Assembly: GCA_945859975.1 (NCBI GenBank)
Contig: CAMAPH010000001.1
Location: 128,001 to 192,000, forward strand
Length of the DNA: 64,000 bases
Origin: Chthonomonas calidirosea
GTDB taxonomy: Bacteria > Armatimonadota > Fimbriimonadia > Fimbriimonadales > Fimbriimonadaceae
Reading direction: 5' to 3'
Under the pieces are notes generated by a model. That model ran no database searches. It saw only the letters and a list, made by a program, of their open reading frames with translations, and was not told where the DNA came from. This document shows, one piece after another, positions 57,833-64,000 of this stretch (position 1 is its first letter; each line of letters begins with the position of its first letter). Position numbers and translations under genes: made by a program.

Positions 57833-60237
57833 TAGCGATCACTTCCTTCGTAATACACGAACTTGTTGCCTTGCAGCTGAAGCACAGTAAAGATAAGCAC
57901 GACCACAAACAGGACCCATGCTAGGCTCGACGCGTAACCCATGCGTAGGGTTCGGAACGCGTTGTTATAGGTGAGCAGCATGAAGAACATCGTGGCGTTG
58001 TTCGGACCACCCTGCGTCATCTGGAAGGCCTGAGTAAAGACCTGGAAGCTTCCGATGAATCCCGTGATCAATGAGAAGAACAGGGCCGGAGAGATAAGCG
58101 GTACGGTGACCGCGCGGAACTTCTTGGCCGCGCTAGCTCCATCGAGAGTAGCCGCCTCATAGTAGTACTGCGGAACGCCTTGAAGCGCGGCCAGCAGAAT
58201 AACCATGCCGCCTCCCGCGCCAAAGATGCTCATCAAGATGAGCGACGGCAGTGCAATCTGCTCGTTCTGCAGCCAGTTGATTTGACCGTTGGAGCCCGCC
58301 AGCGGCTGGAGGAGCTGCCGTAGCCCAGGGATTCCGCCCTCGCCGTTAGGCCCGAAGATCATCGCATTGAGCAAACCACCTTCCGGCTGGAACAACTTGA
58401 TCCAAATCAGCGATGTGGCGATCGGAGATGCCATCGCGGGAATGTAGTAGCAGGTTCTCCAGAGCGCGATGCCTTTGACCTTGGTGTTGAGCAGCATCGC
58501 CAGGCCAAGTGACATCCCGATTCCGAGCGGAACCGAAACCAAGGTGTAGATCAGCGTTACACTCAGCGACTTCCAGAACGTTGGGTCAATCGTGAACGCC
58601 TCGGTGTAGTTGCCGAATCCTCTCCATCGCGCGGTCGTGATGATGTCCCAATCGCTAAAGCTCATCAGGAGCGAGAGAATCATCGGTCCCGCGGTGAAGA
58701 TGACGATTCCGACCAACCAGGGCATGATGAACAGGTAGGCCGTGCGGTTTTCCCGTTGCTCTTTCGAGGTTCTCTTGATCTTGCGCTCGGGCCAATAGAT
58801 CCAGGCCACGATTCCAAGTGCGATAAGTATGCCGATGGTTCCCGCCGCCACCCAGTTAAAGGTTGGCAAGTCCATCTCACGGCGAAGCGTGTCAAGGCGA
58901 TCCTGGGTAACCGGCTGGCTTGTAGAGAAAGCCTTCTTCGCGGTCGAGTCGCCGGTGTAGATGAGGCCGACGGGCTGCCGGACCATCAGGTTCAAATCAG
59001 GATAGAGGATTCCGGTCGGAGGGAAAACAACGAACGGTTCGGCTTGGTCCGTGATGATCCGGTTCTTCGGAATCTGCTGATCCTCCGGCGTGTTTGGCCC
59101 GGGGATCCATGGTTCTTGAAGCGCGAGCTCTCGTATTGCGGGCTGAGCAATGCCGGCTTTCGCCATCGCCATCATGCCCGGTGCGCCGGCCATCCACTGG
59201 GTAAGCAACCAGGCTTCCTTCGGGTGCCGGGTCTTTTTCATGATGCTGTACCCGCTTCCGCCGGTCGGATAAGCGCGCTCACCGTTGGCGTATTTGGGAG
59301 CGAGGGCAATGTCCCAGTTGAACCCGCCTTTATCTGGCTTTGCAATTTCCACGCGAAGCTGCGGGGTTTCCCAGATTCCGCTTTGGAACATTGCAACTTT
59401 CTGTTGCGTGAACAGCTGCTTGGTAGAAGTTCCCGCCTGATCGAACGAGCTAGGGATCAGCTTTTCCTTCAGGGTCAAGTCCGAGTAGAACTGGAAGCTG
59501 TCGATCACCCGCGGGTCATCGTAGTTGAACTTAGTCGGATCTTCGGCGTCGTTAACGTATCTCGCGCCTTGACCAAAGACCACCATGTCCACGAACAGCT
59601 CGGGCCATCCTGGAACGTAGCCCCACTGGGTGACCTTGCCTCGGGCATCCTTCTTTTGGAACTTCTTGAGCAGGGTGAGGAAGTCTTTGTCGCCTAGCTC
59701 TGGATGCGGCTTGAAATCCCAGGTCCAGTTTCCGTCTGGGTAAGGAATTCCCGCTTTGTCGAACATGTCCTTGTTGTAATAAACAACCGCCATCGGTGCG
59801 ATGTCTCGCGGCAGAACAAAGAGCTCGCTCTTGTAGGAGTGCGCCTTGACGATGCTCGGGTAGTAAGACTTGATGTCGAAGCCGGGGACGTCGTCGAAGA
59901 ATTCTTCCAGCGCAAAGATTGCGCCGCGCTTCGAGAACCGCTGGAAGTTGCCCGGGTCCATCATGGCCACATCCGGAGCGACGTCGGCCGCATACTGAGT
60001 CAGCAGCTTTTCGAAGTAGCGGTCGTAGTTAACCGGCTCAAGTTTGACCTTGATCTTCGGGTGCGCTTTCTCGAAATTCGCAATTTCCTTGCGGAGGACT
60101 TTGCTTGCTTCGTCGCCGTCCCACACCGTGAAGCGTAGGGTGATCGGTTTCTCGGACGAAGCGCTTTCCGATTGCGCGAACCCGGCCGTCAACATCGTGA
60201 GGCACAAGGTGATCGTAAATAGTATGCGGCTCAGCAT
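57832..60237 (-). CDS. Fused sugar-binding protein plus ABC permease
   Basis: N-terminal SBP (YYNKDMFDKAGIPYP, WDIALAP, GGSGYSI) in frame with a permease (YEAATLDGA, TQGGP, MGYASSLAW). Confidence 0.93.
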   Translation of the reverse strand: MLSRILFTITLCLTMLTAGFAQSESASSEKPITLRFTVWDGDEASKVLRKEIANFEKAHPKIKVKLEPVNYDRYFEKLLTQYAADVAPDVAMMDPGNFQRFSKRGAIFALEEFFDDVPGFDIKSYYPSIVKAHSYKSELFVLPRDIAPMAVVYYNKDMFDKAGIPYPDGNWTWDFKPHPELGDKDFLTLLKKFQKKDARGKVTQWGYVPGWPELFVDMVVFGQGARYVNDAEDPTKFNYDDPRVIDSFQFYSDLTLKEKLIPSSFDQAGTSTKQLFTQQKVAMFQSGIWETPQLRVEIAKPDKGGFNWDIALAPKYANGERAYPTGGSGYSIMKKTRHPKEAWLLTQWMAGAPGMMAMAKAGIAQPAIRELALQEPWIPGPNTPEDQQIPKNRIITDQAEPFVVFPPTGILYPDLNLMVRQPVGLIYTGDSTAKKAFSTSQPVTQDRLDTLRREMDLPTFNWVAAGTIGILIALGIVAWIYWPERKIKRTSKEQRENRTAYLFIMPWLVGIVIFTAGPMILSLLMSFSDWDIITTARWRGFGNYTEAFTIDPTFWKSLSVTLIYTLVSVPLGIGMSLGLAMLLNTKVKGIALWRTCYYIPAMASPIATSLIWIKLFQPEGGLLNAMIFGPNGEGGIPGLRQLLQPLAGSNGQINWLQNEQIALPSLILMSIFGAGGGMVILLAALQGVPQYYYEAATLDGASAAKKFRAVTVPLISPALFFSLITGFIGSFQVFTQAFQMTQGGPNNATMFFMLLTYNNAFRTLRMGYASSLAWVLFVVVLIFTVLQLQGNKFVYYEGSDR

Positions 60238-60298
60238 CGAGATATTCCGATGATAACTGATTTACCGACCAATCAGAATATTCGGAGGAAAAAGTTGG

Positions 60299-61309
60299 TC
60301 AATGATCATGATCTTCCGGCCCGGGAGGCTGGGCGGCCATGTCCCCGGCTGGGGTTGCCATCATCATCATCGGCGCCGCACCAAAGTCACTTGGGCTGGG
60401 CTGCGGATCGAGCGCTGCGCACGGCGTGCCAAATTTCGGCAAAGCAAACGGTAGGTGTGTGTTCCCCCGCGCCAAGATGTGAGCCTCGTTTCCGCCGCCC
60501 CAAGTAGTGAAGCTCCGGGCGTTGCAGTAGTGATTCACGAACGACCGGCGATATCGAGTTTCCGAACGGTTCTTGAGCGATCGGTGGAAAATGTGCCCGC
60601 CAAAGAACGCGACATCACCCGGTTCCATGATCGCCGGCGTTTCGACCGTGGCATACCGTTCCGCGATTGGCTTCAGGGTGTTGTTCGGGTCATTGTCGTC
60701 ATTGCTATGCCCGCCGACGCCGGAGACATAGGGAACGTCTTCTAGGGCGGTATCGCCGTATCCGTGGCCATTCTCTGGCGGGAAGACCGGCTCAGCTTGG
60801 CTGCCGGTCGACATCCTCAGACAGCCGTTCTCTTCGTCTGCCCGATCAATCGCGATCCAAGCGCCGATAAGCGTGTCTGGAAAAACGGGAATGTAGTAGC
60901 TGTCCTGGTGGAAGCCTTGTCCGTTTGATCCTGGCGCCTTCGTGAAAAGCATCGTTTGCAGGGCCATGACGTCTGGGCCGATCAGGGCTTCCAAGGCATC
61001 GAGGAGACGAGGATAGAGCAAGTATCGCTCCCAAAGCTCTGCATGCAAGTGCCCCATGTGGACGCGCAGGAGCAACTCGGCCGGGGTCAGGGTACGGCCC
61101 TCCGGGACGTGAACGTACGGCGTCAGGTCGATACGCCCTTCGAGCAGATCGTCGCAATGCTGGGCCAATTCTTGAACGTGCTCGGGAAGAACTAGCCCCC
61201 TGATGATCAGGAATCCTTCCCGACGAAACCGGATGTACTCCTCCACGCTCAAGCGATACGGGGCAACTTCGGTCCAAGGGTGCACAGCGGCGTCAACCAT
61301 GGAAGTCAT
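60299..61309 (-). CDS. Phytanoyl-CoA dioxygenase (PhyH) family Fe/2OG enzyme
   Basis: HQD, AWIAIDRADEENGCL, GDVAFF..IFHRS. Confidence 0.9.
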   Translation of the reverse strand: MTSMVDAAVHPWTEVAPYRLSVEEYIRFRREGFLIIRGLVLPEHVQELAQHCDDLLEGRIDLTPYVHVPEGRTLTPAELLLRVHMGHLHAELWERYLLYPRLLDALEALIGPDVMALQTMLFTKAPGSNGQGFHQDSYYIPVFPDTLIGAWIAIDRADEENGCLRMSTGSQAEPVFPPENGHGYGDTALEDVPYVSGVGGHSNDDNDPNNTLKPIAERYATVETPAIMEPGDVAFFGGHIFHRSLKNRSETRYRRSFVNHYCNARSFTTWGGGNEAHILARGNTHLPFALPKFGTPCAALDPQPSPSDFGAAPMMMMATPAGDMAAQPPGPEDHDH

Positions 61310-61372
61310 TATTCCAAACTAAAACAGTTTTGATAATCGTCAAAACTTGCCGTTTACTGGTAAAAAGCGAGC

Positions 61373-62158
61373 ATGATGCCTCTCGCCGCACTACCGGCCG
61401 ACACGATGCCGAAGGTCGTCATGTCCTGGCGGAGTACGCATCACCTTCCGAAGCGCCAAGAGTTTCGCGTTGAGGGGGCATGGGGAATGCACCTGTACAC
61501 CTACGCAGCGACGGTTTTGATGGACGGAGTGCGCATGGAAATCCAGCCCGGCTTCGCCGGATTCACGCCGCCCGGCGTGACGATGCAGTATCGGTTTCGA
61601 GGGGAATCCACCCACCTTTTTGCTCATCTGATGTGGCCGGACGACGCCCTGCCCACAGTGAAGGTCCCGTTCGTTTTTCCGGTTGGCCCTACTTTTCCAG
61701 AGATTTGGCGACAGCTTGAGGCATGCGTCTCGTGGCGTGAGTCGCAGCCACTTCGAGCGGACATTCGAGCCTGGGACGTGCTCCGATCGCTAGTTGCCGT
61801 ATCACAACCGGATCTCGGCACAAGCTATCCGGTTGTGTTGACCCAGGCCATCTCGCTGATTGATTCACGCCTGGCCGAACCGCTTAGCCCAGCCGAAATC
61901 GCTCAGGGCCTTGGGATCAGCCGCGCACACCTCGCGCGGCTCTTTAGAACTCACCTTGGCCGGACCGTTATTCAAACGGTCCGAGAAAAGCGGCTTGAGC
62001 GAGCGCGATACTTGCTGGAAACCTCCGACATCCCGGTGAAACAAGTTGCCACAAGCATTGGGATGCCCGACCTGCAAGTGTTCAACAAGGCCGTGCGCTT
62101 GGCATTCGGCAACTCTCCGCGAGAACTACGACAACCAAATATCCGCTTTCAGGTCTAG
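61373..62158 (+). CDS. AraC family regulator
   Basis: EIAQGLGISRAHLARLFR, RLERARYLL, VKQVA..GMPD..FNK..FGNSPRELR. Confidence 0.92.
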   Translation: MMPLAALPADTMPKVVMSWRSTHHLPKRQEFRVEGAWGMHLYTYAATVLMDGVRMEIQPGFAGFTPPGVTMQYRFRGESTHLFAHLMWPDDALPTVKVPFVFPVGPTFPEIWRQLEACVSWRESQPLRADIRAWDVLRSLVAVSQPDLGTSYPVVLTQAISLIDSRLAEPLSPAEIAQGLGISRAHLARLFRTHLGRTVIQTVREKRLERARYLLETSDIPVKQVATSIGMPDLQVFNKAVRLAFGNSPRELRQPNIRFQV

Positions 62159-63041
62159 ATAATCCAGCGTTTCCTGAGACAATCGCTGGTACGACACGCT
62201 GAGTAGTTCGACAATTCGCTCCGGGTCAAGCGTCCCGATGATCGGCTCCACCGGAGGAATCGGCTGGCTCAGCATGAACATCAACGCGACTTGGTTCCGC
62301 GTGAAACCAGTCTTCTCCGAAACCAGATTCACTCGCTCCAACCGCTGGCGGTTTTCGGGCGAATCAAAGCGAGAACCGCTTGCACCGTTACTGCCATAAA
62401 AACCGTTTGCGGTCGATGAATACGGCATCAGCACATAGCCACATTCTTCAGCAACGACCAAATCTTCCGGCAAATGGTATCGCGTGGTGCCTTCATGTTC
62501 TGTGGGCTCCCAGGTAGGCCGACCAAGGCTCCACTGGTTTTGCCAGTACTTCATCTTAGGCAACGCTTTTGCCATCGCTTTGGCCCGCGGGGCGGTCCAA
62601 TTGCTGATTCCGGCATGGTCGATCAAGCGCTCCGCCAAGAGTGAGCTCATAAATCCGGCCAGATTCTCGATCGATTCACCCCGGTGATCTCGGTGGTAGA
62701 AGTACACCTCGACACGGTCCACCCGCATTCGCTCCAAAGACTGTTCGAAGTCTCGGCGAACCAGCGCCGGGTCTAAATATCGCTCCGGGCGCGGATAGTG
62801 CCCGAAGCCGACGTGGCCGCCTTTTGTGGCGATGATGATCTCCTTCCGAACATCCCGCTCCGCGATCCATTCTCCAAAGAGGCGCTCGCTGACGCCTTCC
62901 CCATTCTCCAGCCAGGCCGCATAGCAATGTGCAGTGTCGAACTGACGGCCTCCGGCATCGAAGTACGCATCCATGGCGAGGAAGCTCTCCCGACGATCTC
63001 GGCGGGTGCCAATGTCGGCCAGGCCAAACCAGATAGGAATG

Positions 63042-63052
<11 letters not shown>
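62126..63052 (-). CDS. Aldo/keto reductase
   Basis: FDTAHCY, SERLFGEW, IATKGG, SLERM..YFYHRD, GISNW; TTG start with GGAGG, overlapping the MFS stop. Confidence 0.88.

Positions 63053-64000
<948 letters not shown>

Overview
GC-rich (about 60% by eye) bacterial chromosomal segment with about 55 protein-coding genes. I found no rRNA, tRNA, CRISPR array, integrase or transposase. Gene content suggests Armatimonadota (Fimbriimonadaceae-like), which is inference only: a prepilin-type/H-X9-DG-like protein, a fused sugar-binding-protein/permease, and several Tat-exported Gfo/Idh/MocA enzymes. Left to right: recQ (cut by the window edge); a convergent xylan-degradation cluster (GH8, CE7-like, GH36-like, CE15, GH30); Gfo/Idh/MocA plus DUF1080; a co-oriented cysD-cysNC / pilin-like protein / small lipoprotein / TPR-sulfotransferase block; the ilvBNC-ilvA-ilvD operon with an unannotated Leu/Val/Ile leader-peptide attenuator; a 3-kb variable patch (32.9-36.0 kb) of orphan genes and several palindromic and tandem repeat classes; an NgcE-like sugar ABC transporter; an RND pump with MarR; GH109; a low-GC beta-propeller; GH29; an apparently inactive clan-A glycoside hydrolase; an ABC exporter; kynU-Lrp-MarC; a second sugar ABC system; PhyH/AraC; an aldo/keto reductase; and an MFS transporter (cut). 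The best candidate for an undescribed system is the PAPS-synthesis plus TPST-like sulfotransferase block around a Tyr-rich pilin-like protein. Two window-wide patterns also stand out: leaderless promoter architecture, and Gln at +1 after predicted signal peptides. All family assignments come from motif recognition by eye; no searches were run.
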